A stretch of 64,000 bases of DNA, from NCBI GenBank assembly GCA_030390025.1, contig CM059425.1, forward strand, positions 260,586,001-260,650,000. The letters are read 5' to 3'. Shown piece by piece: positions 25,758 through 39,858 of the stretch. The translations under genes were made by a program, and so were the position numbers. Source of the DNA: Squalus acanthias. Taxonomy: Eukaryota. The notes under the pieces are model-generated. The model had not been told where the DNA came from and made no database searches. It worked only from the letters and a program-made list of their open reading frames with translations. The stretch's first letter is position 1. Each line of letters opens with the position of its first letter.

Positions 25758-27525
25758 AGGTAAGGGGACACCAGGTGCAATGCTGGAGGAACCTCAGGCT
25801 TTGCCCTTGTCCAACAGGTATGAGGTTCTTGCTGCCTGTGTGGATGAGGGAAAAGCCCGCAGGATGGATGAGCAAACTGACCATGGCACCATGGTGCAGG
25901 AGGCCATTCAAGTGGGGGGAGTGAAGGGAATATAGTTGTGGTAGGGGACAGTATAGTCAGGGGGATAGATACTGTTCTCTGCCGCTGCGACCGAGAGTTC
26001 CGAAGGTTGTGTTGCCTGCCCTGAGCCAGGGTTAAGGTCATCTCCTCGCAGCTGGAGAAGAATCTGGAGTGTGAGGGAGAAGATCCAGTTGTCTTGGTCC
26101 ACATATGAACCAATGACATAGGTAGAACTAGGAATGAGGTTCTGCTGAGGGAGTTTGAGGAGCTAGGATCCAAATTAAAAAGCAGAACCTCAAAGGTAAT
26201 AATCTCAGGATTGTTACCTGAGCCACGCGCAAATTGGCATAGGGACAAACAGATTGGAGGTTTAAATGCGTGGATCAAACAGTGGTGTGGGAGGAAGGGG
26301 GTTTCAGTTCATGGGCACTGGCACCAGTACTGGGGAAAGAGGGAGCTGTTCCATTTGGGACGGGCTCCAATTAAACTGAGCTGGGACCAGTGTCCTGGCG
26401 AACCGAATAACTAGGGCAGTAGACAGGGCTTTAAACTAATGAAGGGGGGTGGGAGGATTCAGGAAAGAGTAAATTTAAAAGCAGCGAGAGACATGTCAAG
26501 GCTCTAGAGCAGAGTAGTTTTGGGTAAAAATAAGCAGAGTGGGTCAGGAAGAGACAGAGAGAGTAACAAAGCTAATAAGGCATCAGTGACTAAGGTAACA
26601 TCAGGGAAAAAGAGAAATAAGTCAAAGCTAAAGGCACTATATCTGAATGCGCAAAGCATTCGCAACAAAATAGATGAATTAATAGCGCAGATAGAAATTA
26701 ATAGCTTTGATCTAATAGCCATTAAGGAGACGTGGTTGCAATGTGGCCAAGGTTGGGAACTAAATATTCCAGGATACTTAACTTTTAGAAGAGATAGGCA
26801 AAAAGGAAAAGGAGGAGGGGTAGCCCTGATAATAAAGGATGGGATAAAGACAGTAGAGAGAAAGGATCTGAGCTCCGAAAATCAAGAAGTAGAATCAGTT
26901 TGGGTAGAGCTAAGAAACAGCAAGGGGCAGAAAACATTGGTGGGAGTTGTTTATAGACCCCCAAAACAATAGTTGTAATGTAAGGCAGCGTATAAATCAG
27001 GAAATTAGAGGTGCATGTAACAAGGGTAATACAGTAATCATGGGGGACTTTAATCTACATATAGACTGGGCAAACCAAATTTGCAGTAATAGTGTGAAGG
27101 ACAAATTCATGGAATGTATGTAAGATAGTTTTCTTGATCAGTATGTTGCAGAACCAACTAGGGAACAGGCTATTTTAGATCTAGTATTGTGCAATGAGAA
27201 AGGGTTAATTAATAACCTTGTAGTAAAGGGGCCTTTAGGGAAGAGTGACCATAATATGATAGAATTTTATATTGAGTTTGAAAGTGATTTTGTTAAATCC
27301 AAAACTAGGGTCTTAAATCTAAACAAAGCAAACTACGTAGGTATGAGGGGTGAGTTGGCTAAGGTAGATTGGGAAACTACATTAAAAGGTATGACAGTAG
27401 ACAAGCAATGGCTAGCAGTTAAAGAATTAATACATAATTTACAACAAATACACATTCCTTTAAGGCACAAAAACCCCACAGGAAAAGTGGCCCAACCGTG
27501 GCTAACAAGAGAAGTTAAAGATAGT

Positions 27526-28391
27526 GAGCGGAATCTTACCTGGAAGGCCGAGTTCGAGGCGGGACTGCTGCTTTTCGGGTTCCAGTCCCGCCCCCGGCAA
27601 CGTCTGATGAACAGATGCTATTTTCCCCTGATTGGCCTTGTAAGCCCGCCCTGCGGGCTTGCCGGCCAATTAAGGGAAAGCCGGTGTCAGATGACGTCAG
27701 TTGATGACGCTTAATCTGCCGGTTTTCTTAAAGGCATATGCACCACACTTGTTTGACAGATGATTTGACAGTGTTTGACAGCATTGAGGTGCTGTCAAAC
27801 ACTGACAATCACTGTCCAAAGGTGAGCCCTTTCACCCAAGCTCTCCAATTACTCTCTCCTTAGGATAAAACAGATGGCAGCTGCAGCTGAGATTGCAGAA
27901 GCCATCTGTCACTTCTCCCGATGAGATGAGGCTACACAAACACTTCACAGCTTGTCACCTGCAGAAACATCTAACCACAATAAAAATTACTTTCATAACT
28001 TTTCCTTACCTCTGATATTCACCAGTGTCCCATTGAATCCTTTAAACCACTTCTGCAGCTGTCATATACACACAAAAATTACAGTAGACCCACATCACGC
28101 CTCACTTACCCTGGTGGGATTCCCCAACGTTGGGAAGCCCGGAGCAGGAGGCTCAAAATGGGAAAGAGCCTCTTAACTGCATGTTATCTACCTGTTAACA
28201 GGCAGTTAAGTGGCTGTAATCCTCTTCCCACCTCTAGGAGTCAGGACCCTGCACAAATTGGGGACCCGACTCCCGGGAAGATTGTTTGGAGGCGGATTGG
28301 GAGCGGGTTTGGGACCTGCTCCCAATTTTGGGGATTTTCCCAGCAGTCCCGCCTCCACGCCCACCTCCTCAGGACTGGTAAAATCCAGCCC
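27526..28391. mobile_element. Non-autonomous Harbinger-type MITE
   Basis: Imperfect TIRs GAGCGGAATCTTACC / GGTAAAATCCAGCCC; 3-bp TSD AGT; removal restores CR1 GATAGTATTAGATC. Confidence 0.8.
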
Positions 28392-28449
28392 AGTATTAGA
28401 TCAAAGGAGGAGGCTTATAATGTTGCTAAAAAGAGTAGTAAGCTTGAGG

Positions 28450-30060
28450 TAAAAACAGAAAATGCTGGAGATACTCAGCAGGTCAGGCAGCATCTGTGAA
28501 GAGAGAAACAGAGTTAACGATTCAGGTCGATGACCTTTCCTCAGAACTGGAAAAAAGCAGGAAATGGAACAGATTTTTAAGCAAAGGTAGGGGCAGGGAA
28601 ATTGGGGAGGGGATGAAAGAACAAAAGGGAAGGTCTGTGATAGGATAGAAGGCAGGAGAGGTTAAAAGACATTAAGAGATATTCAAGGCAGAAGGAGATG
28701 GTAATGGGACAGGTTAAGAAACAAAGGATGGCTCTAGATGAAGTGTGAATTGCGCTGGCAGAATGAAAGACAGCTGCCATGTGGGAGAGAAGAAAAAAAG
28801 ACAAAGAGTGTGGATAAAAAATATATATATGATAGGGGCCGAGGTTATGATCTGAAATTGTTGAACTCGATATTGAGTCCGGAAGGCTGTAGAGTGCCTA
28901 ATCAAAAGATGAGGTGCTGTTCCTCAAGCTTACACTGAGCTTCCGTGGAACAATGCAAGAGGCCGAGGACGGTGAGGTCTGAGTGGGAGTGGAGTGATGA
29001 ATTAAAGTGACAGGCGAGCGGAAGCTCGGGGTCCCCCTTACGGACTGAACGGAAGTGTTCTGCAAAGCGGTCACCCAATCTGCGTTTCGTCTCCCCAATG
29101 TAGAGGAGACCACATCGTGAGCAGCGAATACAGTATACTAAATTGCAAGAAGTACAAGTAAATCGCTGTTTCACCTGGAAGGGGTGTTTGGGGCCCTGGA
29201 CAGTGGGAAGGGGGGAGGTATAAGGGCATGTGTTGCATCTCCTGCGCTTGCAGGGGAAGGTGCTGGGCGAAGGGGAAGGGGTGTTGGGGGTGATAGAGGA
29301 GTGGACTAGGGTGTCGCGGAGGGAGCGGTCCCTACGGAATGCTGAAAGGGGAGGTGAGGGGAAGATGTGTTTGGTGGTGGGATCACGCTGGAGGTGGCGG
29401 AAATGGCGGAGGATGATCCGTTGAATGTGAAGGCTGGTGGGGTGAAAAGTGAGGACAAGGGGAACTCTATCGTGGTTCCGGGAGGGAGGGGCAGGGGTGA
29501 GGACCAAGAAATTGATAAAGGAAGGGAAAATAGAATATGAGAGTAAACTGGTTGGGCCTCTGTTCAAGGAAGAAGCGGAGCACCCTCAGGCCATCCTGGT
29601 GGGGGATTGAGGTGTAGAGGGATTGGACGTCCATAGTGCAAAGGAGACGGTTGGGGCCAGGAAACTGGAAACTGTTAAAGTGGCGGAGGGCGTTGGAAGA
29701 GTCGCGGATGTAGGTGGGAATAGACTGGACAAAGGGAGAAAAAATAGAGTCAAGATAGGAAGAGATAAGTTCCGTGGGGCAAGAACAGGCTGAAACAATG
29801 GGACTACCAGGGCAGTCCTGTTTGTGGATCTTGGGAAGGAGGTAGAAACGGGCTGTGCGGGGTTGGGGAACTATGAGGTTGGCGGTCGTGGGGGGAAGAT
29901 CTCCAGAGGAGATGAGGTCAGTGACAGTCTTGGAAACAGTGGCTTGATTTTCGGTGGTGGGGTCATGGTCCAGGCGGAGATAGGAGGAGGTGTCGGAGAG
30001 TTGGCGTTCAGCTTCTGCTAGGTAGAGGTCGGTTCACCAAACAACAACAGCACCACCCTT
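28450..30060 (-). mobile_element. Penelope-like element fragment (RT remnant plus GIY-YIG endonuclease)
   Basis: ORF 28902-29567 NLVYCIRCSRCGLLYIGETKRRLGDRFAEH, RVPLVLTFHP; 12-bp TSD GTAAGCTTGAGG at 28438 and 30061. Confidence 0.88.
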
Positions 30061-30589
30061 GTAAGCTTGAGGATTGGGAGGATTTTAAAATTCAGCAAAG
30101 GAGGACCAAGAAATTGATAAAGAAAGGGAAAATAGAATATGAGAGTAAACTCGCGAAAGACATAAAAACAGACTGTAAAAGCTTCTATAGGTATGTAAAA
30201 AGGAAAAGATTAGCGAAAGTAAATGTGGGTCCCTTACAGCCTGAGGCAGGAGAAATTATAATGGGGAACAAGGAAACGGCAAAGAAATTAAACAAATACT
30301 TTTGTCAATAGGGAGCTTTTGGAGGCGGGACTCGCACTTGTCAGGCTTTAGTTCCGCTTCCTCGACTTGTGGCCAACCAATGCTATTTTCCCTTGATTGA
30401 CCTTGCTAAGCCCGCTGTTGTTTCAGTTCGTTTTTGGTTCTTTGATCAATTATCTTCAATCTGTGTCCTTCGGTTACCGACCCTTCTGCCACGAGAAACA
30501 AGTTCTCCTTATCTACGCCATCAAAACCATTCATGATTCTGAATACCTCTATTAAATCTCCCCTTAACCTTTTGTCCTCTAAATAGTGC

Positions 30590-31000
30590 GTAGGATCTTT
30601 TACTTCCATCTGAGAAGCAGGTGAACAGCCAACAATGCTTTCAGTTGTCAAAACCCGGCTGCTCGTGTCCTAACTCGCACCAAGTCCCGCTCACCCATCA
30701 CCCCTGTGCTCGCAGGCCGACATTGGCTCCCGGTCCACCTTCAATTTAAGATTCGTATCCTCATGTTCAAATCCCTCTGTGGCCTCGACCCTCCCTATCT
30801 CTGTAATCTCCTCCAGCCCCACCACCTCTCCCTCTTCCTTTAAGACATTCCTGAAAACCTACCTCTTTGACCAAGCATTTGGACACCCATCTCCTTCTTT
30901 GCCTCGGTACTAATTTCTGTCTGATCACACTCCTCTGAAGCACCTTGAGATATTTTGTTACCTTCAAGGCGATATATATACTCAAGTTGTTGTTGTTGTT
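30590..31000 (+). mobile_element. L2-like LINE 3' fragment
   Basis: CGCTCACCCATCACCCCTGTGCTC...CATTGGCTCCCGG (PITPVL..LHWLP) and (GTT)n tail. Confidence 0.7.
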
Positions 31001-31317
31001 GCACTGGGCTAAAAATATAGCAAGAGATCTCAAGTCGCGGAGAAAATAAATTTCTGAAACTGATGGCCTCCTATAGTTGAAGGGAGCGCTGGCCAGAGAA
31101 ATCTGTGATACTGTCTCGCCGATCCTCAGCTCCCTTCGAGATCTTCATTGGGAGCATGGGATCGCTCGGTCCAACCTGATATCTGTGGTACCTTCGTAAA
31201 CGGACTTTCATTCTCAACTTTAAAACAATGTATGTTGCTTACTGGAATATCAGAGTCTGTATTTTACACGTACACCCATCCAGTTCTGATTAAAGTTCGG
31301 CATCCAAAAGGTAAGAA

Positions 31318-32250
31318 TCACATCCTCTCTGCATCTACCTTGTCGAGCCCCCTCAGTATCTTATATGTTTCAATAAGACCACCTCTCATTCTTCTAAATT
31401 CCAATGAGTATAGGCCCAACCTGCTCAACCTTTCTTCAAAACTCAACCCCCTCATCTCTGTAATTAACCTAGTGAATCGTCTCTGAACTGCCTCCAATGC
31501 AAGTATATCCTTCCTTAAATAAGGAGACCAAAACTGTACGCAGTACTCAAGGTGTAGTCTCACCAATACCCTGTACAGTTGTAGCAGGACTTCCCTGTTT
31601 TTATACTCCAACCCCTTTGCAATAAAGGCCAACATTCCATTTGCCTTTTTGATTACTTGCTGTACCTGCATGCTAACTTTTTGTGTTTCATGCACAAGGA
31701 TCCCCAGGTCCCTCTGAACTGTAGCATTTTGTAATCCTTCCTAAAGTGTGGTTCCCAGAATTGGACACAATATTCCAGCTGAGGCCCAAGTAGTATTTTA
31801 TTAGGTTTAGCTTAACTTCCTTGCTTTTGCACTCTACGCCTCTATTTATAAAGCCGAGGATCCCGTATGCTTTTATAACAGACTTCTCTACTTGTCCTGC
31901 CACCTTCAAAGATTTGCGTACTTACACCCCCAGGTTCCTGCTCCCACTTTAGAATTGGACCATTCAGTTCATATTTCCTCTCCTCATTCTTATTACCAAA
32001 ATGCTTTAATTCCCACTTCTCTGGGTTAAATTTCATCTGCCGCGTGTCAGCCCATTTCACCAGTCAGTCTGCGTCCTCCTGAAGTCTGTCACTCTCCTCC
32101 TCACTGTTTACTACATTTCCGAGTTTCGTATCATCTGCAAACTTTGAAATGATGGCCCTGTGTGCCCAAGTCCAGGTCATTAATATAGATCAAAAGGAGC
32201 AGTAACCTGGGGAACAGCGCTGTATCCCTCCCTCCAGTCTGAAACAACAA
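31318..32250 (-). mobile_element. CR1 RT fragments
   Basis: ANGMLAFI, HLEYCVQFWSP motifs in ORF 31318-31695 and adjoining degenerate RT. Confidence 0.8.
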
Positions 32251-32719
32251 CAAGGTGATCTCCATCCTTTCCCTTTTCAGACACTGGCTGACCCGCTGTC
32301 ACTGCAGCATTTTCACTTTCTTTCGTATTTTCAGCATTTGCAGATCTCTTACTTTTGCATTACCTCCAGTTTATACGGGCCTGTCAAGAGTCACAGCTTA
32401 TTCTTCGTATAAAGCAGTGTTGTCCAACACAAATCCTTGACAGGTCGCAGGTGTGGCTGTGGAGTTGCTGTTCCGGCCGCATGCAATGATTTTAAGTAGA
32501 AATCGCCAGACACACATTCAGAAAATACAGGAAAGTGTGCCTGTTCACTTAACTTCACTTATATTTGGGTGCCAGCCTTGGTTCAGTTGGTAGCACTCTC
32601 GAATGTGAGTCAGAAGGTCGTGGGTTCAAGTCCCTACTCCAGAGACTTGAGTAGAAAAATCTAGTCTGATAGTTCAGTGCAGTACTGAGGGAGCACCGCC
32701 CTGTCAGAGGATTACCTAG

Positions 32720-35680
32720 GATTATATAGGATATACAGCAATGAAACAGGCGTTTCTGCTCCACTCGAGCCTCCTCCTGTCTTTCCTCATCTAAATCTAT
32801 CAGCGTAACCCTCTATTCTCTTCTCCCTCATATGCTTGTCCCGCCTCCCCTTAAATGCATCTATACTATTCGCCTCAACCACTCCCTGTGGTAGCGAGTT
32901 CCACATTCGCACCACTCTCTGGGTAAAGAAGTTTCTTCTGAATTCCCTACTGGATTTCTTGGTGACTATCTTATATTGATGGCCTCTAGTTATGCTCTTC
33001 CCCACAAGTGGAAACATTCTCTCTGTATCCACTCTATCAAAACCTTTCATAATTTTAAAGACCTCTATTAGGTCACCCCTCAGCCTTCTTTTTCAAGTGA
33101 AAAGAGACCCAGCCTGTTCATCCTTTCCTGATATGTATACCCTCGCATTTCTGGTATCATCCTTGTAAATCTTCTCTGCACCCTCTCCAGTGCCTCTATA
33201 TCCTTTTTATAATATGGCGGCCAGAATTGTACGCAGTACTCCAAGTGTGGTCTAACCAAGGTTCGGTAGAAGTTTAGCATAACCTCACTACTTTTCAATT
33301 CTATCCCTCTAGAAATAAACCCTAATGCCTGGTTTGCTTTATTGATGGCCTTGCTAACCTGTGTCGCAACTTTTAGTGATTTGTGTATTTGTACTCCGAG
33401 ATCCCTTTGTTCCTCTACCCCACCTAGACTCGCACCCTCCAAGTGATAAGTGACCTCCCTATTCTTCCTACCAAAATGTAATACCTCACATTTATCTGTG
33501 TTGAATTTCATTTGCCAATTATATGCCCATTCTGCAAGTTTATTGATGTCTTCCTGTAATTTGTTGCAGTCCTCCTCAGTATTATCTATCCCCCCAATTT
33601 GGTGTCGTCAGCAAATTTAGAAATTGTGTTTTTGATTCCAAAGTCTAAATCCTTGATATAAATTGTGAACAGCAGTGGTCCCAGCACTGATCCTTGTGGA
33701 ACACCACTACCCACCTTCTGCCACTGTGAATAGCTACCCTTTACCCCTACTCTCTGCTTTCTGTCTTGAAGCCAGCTAGCTATCCATTCTGCTACTTGTC
33801 CCCTGACTCTGCATTCGCTGACCTTATTCATTAGTCTATTGTGTGGTACTTTGTCAAAGGCCTTTTGAAAATCTCGATAAATTACATCTACTACATTACC
33901 CTTGTCTATTCTCTCTGTTACCTCTTCAAAAAATTCAATAAGGTTGGTCAAGCAAGACTTTCCCTTTTGAAACCCATGCTGACTATTCATTATTATACTT
34001 TTTGTTGCTAGATGTTCTTCTATTCTCTCCTTTAGTAGGGATTCCATTATTTTTCCTACCACCGATGTTAAGCTGACAGGTCTATAATTCCCTGGACATG
34101 TTCTATCTCCCTTCTTAAATATAGGTATTAGGTTTGCTATCCGCCAGTCCTCTGGCACTACAACTTTTTCTAATGAATTATTAAATATGTATACTAATGC
34201 CTCTGCTATCTCTTCCCTAGATTCTTTTAAAATGTGCGGATGTAATCCATCTGGACCAGTTTGAGTTTGATTAGTTTATTTAATATATGTCCTCTTTTTA
34301 TTTTAAATGCAGTTATTTCATTACTAATCTCATGATCCAATGTCATGTCCACCTGTTCTATCTCCCTGGTAAATACTGAGGCAAAGTAATTATTTAATAT
34401 TTCTGCCATCTCTGTATCACTGCCTGTGGTATTATCTGTCCATCCCTTAGTGACCTTATTCCCATCCCAACCTTCCTTTTTTATTGATGTGCCTGTAAAA
34501 TATTTTACTATTTTGTTTTATTTTCCTTGATAATTTAATTTCATTGTTCCTCTTTGCCTTCCTAATTGTTTTTTTGACTTCTTTCCTAATCTCTTTGTAT
34601 TTTCCCTTATCATGCTCTCCCATGCTGTATATGTACTTAATGTATGCCTCTTTCCTTACCCTCAATGTTTTCCTTATGGCTTTATTCATCCATGGTGTCT
34701 CATTAGTATTTAGCTTGTTCTTGTTTTTTCGTGGAATATATTTTTCTGGACTCTGTTGAACACCGTTTTAAATGTTTCCCATTGCTGTTCTACATCATTG
34801 TTTGCCAATAATGCCCATTTTATTTTCCCAGGTTCGATTCTCAGCCTCTCAAAATCAACTTTTCTCCAATCTATTACCCATGTCTTCATCATACTTATGT
34901 CCTTCTCAATTATTATTTTAAAACGTATTATATTATGGTCACTATTGCTTAGATGTTCCCCTACTTTTATTTCTCTTATCTGCTCTGGCTCATTCCCCAT
35001 CCAATAGCGAATGCTCCCTTGTTGGGCTTTTTACATATTGGGTTAGAATGGAGTCCTGTAGACATTGTAGGAACTCCATTCCCTTATCCCCTTTACCTAC
35101 CTCTTCTGTCCAATTAATATCGGGGTAGTTGAAATTCCCCATGATTATTATTCTATGTTTTTTACTCATTTCCCTAATTTGTCTGCATATTTCTTCCTCC
35201 ACCTCCCTTCCACTATTAGGTGGTCTGTAGACTACCCCTATTAGTGTGATTGATCCTTTATTACCTTTTATCTCTATCCACATGGATTCTATTTCTGTCT
35301 TGATGATAGCTGCGTCACTTTTTTCTACTGCCATTATGTTATCCCTAATAAGTACAGCTACTCCACCTCCCCTTTTCCCCTCTCTATCTTTTCTAAATAT
35401 GTTATACCCTGCAATGTTTAATTCCAAGTCCTGATTTTTCTGTAGCCATGCCTCAGTAATCCCTATTACATCTGGTTCCTCGCAATGCATGCTTGCCTCC
35501 AGCTCCCCTGTTTTATTATGGAAATTGTGTGCATTGCTGTACAGACAGTTTAACTCATTTTTAATACCAGTTCCTTTCAATTTATTTTTAACCATCTTTT
35601 TATAATCCTGCTCGATAACTCTATTTATTCCCTGGCCATCAATGTCTTCCCTTACTTTACTCTTTTGTATGTTCTCATTA
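32720..35680 (-). mobile_element. Decayed CR1 ORF2 (APE plus RT) of a second subfamily
   Basis: Collinear fragments [48 protein letters not shown], with frameshifts. Confidence 0.88.
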
Positions 35681-37414
35681 GAAAATAAAAAATAGAAGCA
35701 GGAATAGGCCATTTGGCCCTTCGAGCCTGCTCCGCCATTCAATAAGATCATGGCTGATCTTCTACCTTTACTCCACTGTCCTGAACTATCCCCATATCCC
35801 TTGATTCCCTTAATATTCAAAAATCTATCGATCTCTGTCTTGAATATACTCAATGAAAGAGCCTCCACAGTCCTCTGGGAGAGAGAATTCCAAACATTCA
35901 CCATCCACTTGAGTGAAGAAATTTCTCCTCCTCTCAGTCCTAAATGGCCGACCCCTTATTCTGAGACTGTGACCCCTGGTTCTAGACTCCCCAGCCAGGG
36001 GAAACATTCTCCCTGCATCTACCCTGTTAAGCCCTGTACGAATTTTGTATGTTTCAATTAGATCACCTCTCATTCTTCTAAACTCTAGAGAATATAAGCC
36101 TAGTCTACTCAATCTGTCCTCATAGGACAATCGGCCCATCCCAGCGACCAGTCTGGTGAACCTTTGTTGCACTCCCTCTATGGCAAGTATATCCTTCCTT
36201 AGGTAAGGAGACCAAAACTGTACACAATACTCCAGGTGTGGTCTCACCAGGGCCCTATATAATTACAGTAAGACATCTTTACTCTTATACTCAAATCCTC
36301 TTGTAGTAAAGGCCAACATACCATTTGCTTTCCTAATTGCTTGCTATCCCTGCATGTTAGCATTCAGTGATTTGTGTACAAGGACACCCAGGTCCCTCTT
36401 AACACCAACATTTCCTAATCTCTCACCATTTAAAAAATACTCTGCTTTTCTATTTTTCCTACCAAAGTGGATAACTTCACATTTCTCCACATTATATTCC
36501 ATTTGCCATGTTCTTGCCCACTCACTTAGCCTGTCTATATCCCCTTGAAGCCTCCTTGCATCCTCCTCATCCTCCACCCAGCTTTGTATCATCAGCAAAC
36601 TTGAATATTTTACATTTGGTCCCCTCATCCAAATCATTGATGTAGATTGTGAATAGCTGAGGCCCAAGCACTGATCCTTGCGGTACCCCACTAGTTACAG
36701 CATGCCAAACCGAAAATAACACGTTTATTTCTACTCTCTGGTTTCTGTCCGTTAACCAATCCTCAATCCATGCTAGTATATTACCCCCAATCCCATGAGC
36801 CCTAATTTTGTTTAATAACCTCTTGTGTGGCACCTTATCGGATGCCTTCTGAAAATCCAAATACACCACATCCACTGGTTCCCCCTTATCTATTCTGCTA
36901 GTTACAACCTCAAAAAACTCCAACAGATTTGTCAAACAACATTTCCCTTTCATAAATCCGTGTTGACACTGCCCAATCCTATTATTATTTTCTAAGTGCC
37001 CTGTTACCTCGTCTTTAATAAAATATTCTAGCATTTTCCATACTGCTGATGTCAGGCTAACAGGTCTGTTGTTCCCCGTTTTCTCTCTCCCTCCTTTCTT
37101 AAATACTGGGGTTACATTTGCTACCTTCCAATCCATGGGAACTATTCTAGAATCTATGGAATTTTGGAAAATGACAACCAAAGCATCCACTATCTCTCGC
37201 CACCTCTTTCAAAACCCGAGGACGTAGGCCATCAGGTCCAGGGGATTTATCGGCTTTCAGTCCCATTAATTTCTCCAGTACTACTTTTTTACTAATACTA
37301 ATATATTTCAGTTCCTCATTCTCGCTAGATCCTTGGTTGTCCACAATTTCCAGGAAGTTTTTGTTTCTTCTTCTGTGAAGACAGACACAAAGGGCTCGAT
37401 TTTGTCAATGGGGA

Positions 37415-39742
37415 CATAAGAACATAAGAACATAAGAAATAGGAGCAGGAGTAGACCAATCGGCCCCTCGAGCCTGCTCCGCCATTCAATGAGATCATGG
37501 CTGATCTGATCCAACCTCAACTCTAAAGAACACAAGAAGTAGGAGCAGGACCAGGCCACTCGGCCCCTGGGCCTGCTCCGCCACCCACAGGGCCTTGACT
37601 GATCCGAACTCAAACTCATGTCCATTTTCCAGCCCGCTCCCCGTAACCCCTGATTCCCTTTACTTCTAGGAAACGGTCTATTTCTGTTTTAAATTTATTT
37701 AATGAAGTAGCTTCCACAGCTTCCTGGGGTAGCAAATTCCACAGACCCACTACCCTCTGAGTGAAAAAGTTTCTCCTCATCTCAGTTTTGAAAGAGGAGC
37801 CCCTTACTCTAAGATTATGTCCCCTAGTTCTAGTTTCACCCATCATTGGGAACATCCTCACCGCGTCCACCCGATCCAGCCCCTTCACAATCTTATATGT
37901 TTCAATAAGATTGCCTCTCATTCTTCTGAACTCCAATGAGTAGAGTCCCAATCTACTCAACCTCTCCTCGTATGTCCACCCCCTCATCCCCGGAATTAAC
38001 CGAGTGAACCTTCTTTGTACTGCCTCGAGAGCAAGTATGTCTTTTCTTAAGTATGGACACCAAAACTGTATGCAGTACTCCAGGTGCGGTCTCACCAATA
38101 CCCTATACAACTGCAGCAATACCTCCCTGTTTTTATATTCTATCCCCCTAGCAATAAAAGCCAACATTCCATTGGCTTTCTTGATCACCTGCTGCACCTG
38201 CATACTAACTTTTTGATTTTCTTGCACCAAGACCCCCAGATCCCTTTGTACTGCAGTACTTTCCAGTTTCTCGCCATTAAGATAATAACTTGCTCTCTGA
38301 TTTTTCCTGCCAAAGTGCATAACCTCACATTTTCCAATATTGTATTGCATCTGCCAAATCTCTGCCCACTCACCCAGCCTGTCTATATCCCCTTGTAGGT
38401 TTTTTATGTCCTCCTCACTCTCTACTTTCCCTCCCATCTTTGTATCATCTGCAAACTTTGATATGTTACACTCGGTCCCCTCCTCCAAATCGTTAATATA
38501 GATTGTAAAGAGTTGGGGACCCAGCACCGACCCCTGCTGAACACCACTGGCTACTGGTTGCCAGTCTGAGAATGAACCATTTATCCCAACTCTCTGCTTC
38601 CTGTTAGATAACCAATCCTCCACCCATGCCAGAATATTACCCCCAATCCAGTGATTTTTTATCTTGAGTAATAATCTTTTATGTGGCACCTTGTCGAATG
38701 CCTTCTGGAAGTCTAAATACACTACATCCACTGGTTCCCCTTTATCCACCCTGTACATTATGTCCTCAAAGAACTCGAGCAAATTTGTCAGACATGACTT
38801 CCCCTTCATAAAGCCATGCTGACTTTGTCCTATTAAATTATGTTTATCTAAATGTTCCGTTACTGTCTCCTTAATAATAGACTCCAAAATTTTACCCACC
38901 ACAGATGTTAGGCTAACTGGTCTATAATTTCCAGCCTTCTGCCTACAACCCTTTTTAAATAAGGGTGTTACATTAGCAGTTTTCCAATCTGCCGGGACCT
39001 TTGCTGAGTTCAGGGAGTTTTGGAAAATTATTACCAAAGCATCCACAATTCCTACTGCCACTTCCCTCAAGACCCTAGGATGTAAGCCATCAGGTCCAGG
39101 GGATTTATCCGCCATGAGTCTCATTATTTTACTGAGTACCAATTCCTTAGTGATTTTAATCGTATTTAGCTCCTGCCCCACTAGAGCCCCCTGTTTGTCC
39201 AGTGTTGGGATATTCTTAGTGTCCTCTACCGTAAAGACTGAAACAAAATATTTGTTCAGCATTTTTGCCATCTCCATGTTTCCCACCATTAATTTCCCGG
39301 TCTCATCCTCTAAGGGACCTACGTTTGCCTTAACCACCCTTTTTCTTTTTATATAACTATAGAAACTCTTGCTATCTGTTTTTATATTTTTTGCTAATTT
39401 ATTTTCATAGTCTATTTTCCCTTTCTTAATCAATCCTTTAGTTACTTTTTGTTGTCTTTTGAAGACTTCCCAATCTTCTATCCTCCCACTAACTTTGGCT
39501 ACCTTATATGTCCTTGTTTTTAGTTGGATACTTCCTTTAATTTCTTTTCTTAGCCATGGATGGCTGTCATTTCTTTTACACCCTTTTGTCCTCAGTGGAA
39601 TATATTTATTTTGAAAGTTGTAAAATAACTCCTTGAATGAACACCACTGCTCATGTACCGTCTTACCCTTTAATCTATTTTCCCAGTCCACTTTAATCAA
39701 TTCTGCTCTCATGCCATCATAGTCTCCTTTATTCAAGCTCAG
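37415..39742 (-). mobile_element. Young 5'-truncated CR1 with an uninterrupted RT ORF (37616-39793, 725 aa) and a doubled 3' tail
   Basis: All RT motifs open ([28 protein letters not shown]); tail (TTCTTATG)n. Confidence 0.92.
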
Positions 39743-39858
39743 TACGTGATGGAGGCGGGACTCCCACTTTTTGGGTTGTAGTCCCGCCTCCATCGACTTG
39801 TGGCCAACCCACTGTATTTTCCCTTGATTGACCTTGTTAAGCCCGCCCAGCAGAGCAC

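Larger units (their letters stand above)
24280..30302 (+). mobile_element. Decayed CR1 LINE 5' portion (ORF1 zinc-finger/coiled-coil/esterase, ORF2 APE), split by three nested insertions
   Basis: ORF1 CCNCSMWE...CSKC at 24335; APE motifs LYLNAQSI, ETWL, GGGVAL, GVVYRPP, GKSDHN; host sequence resumes after each insert. Confidence 0.85.
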
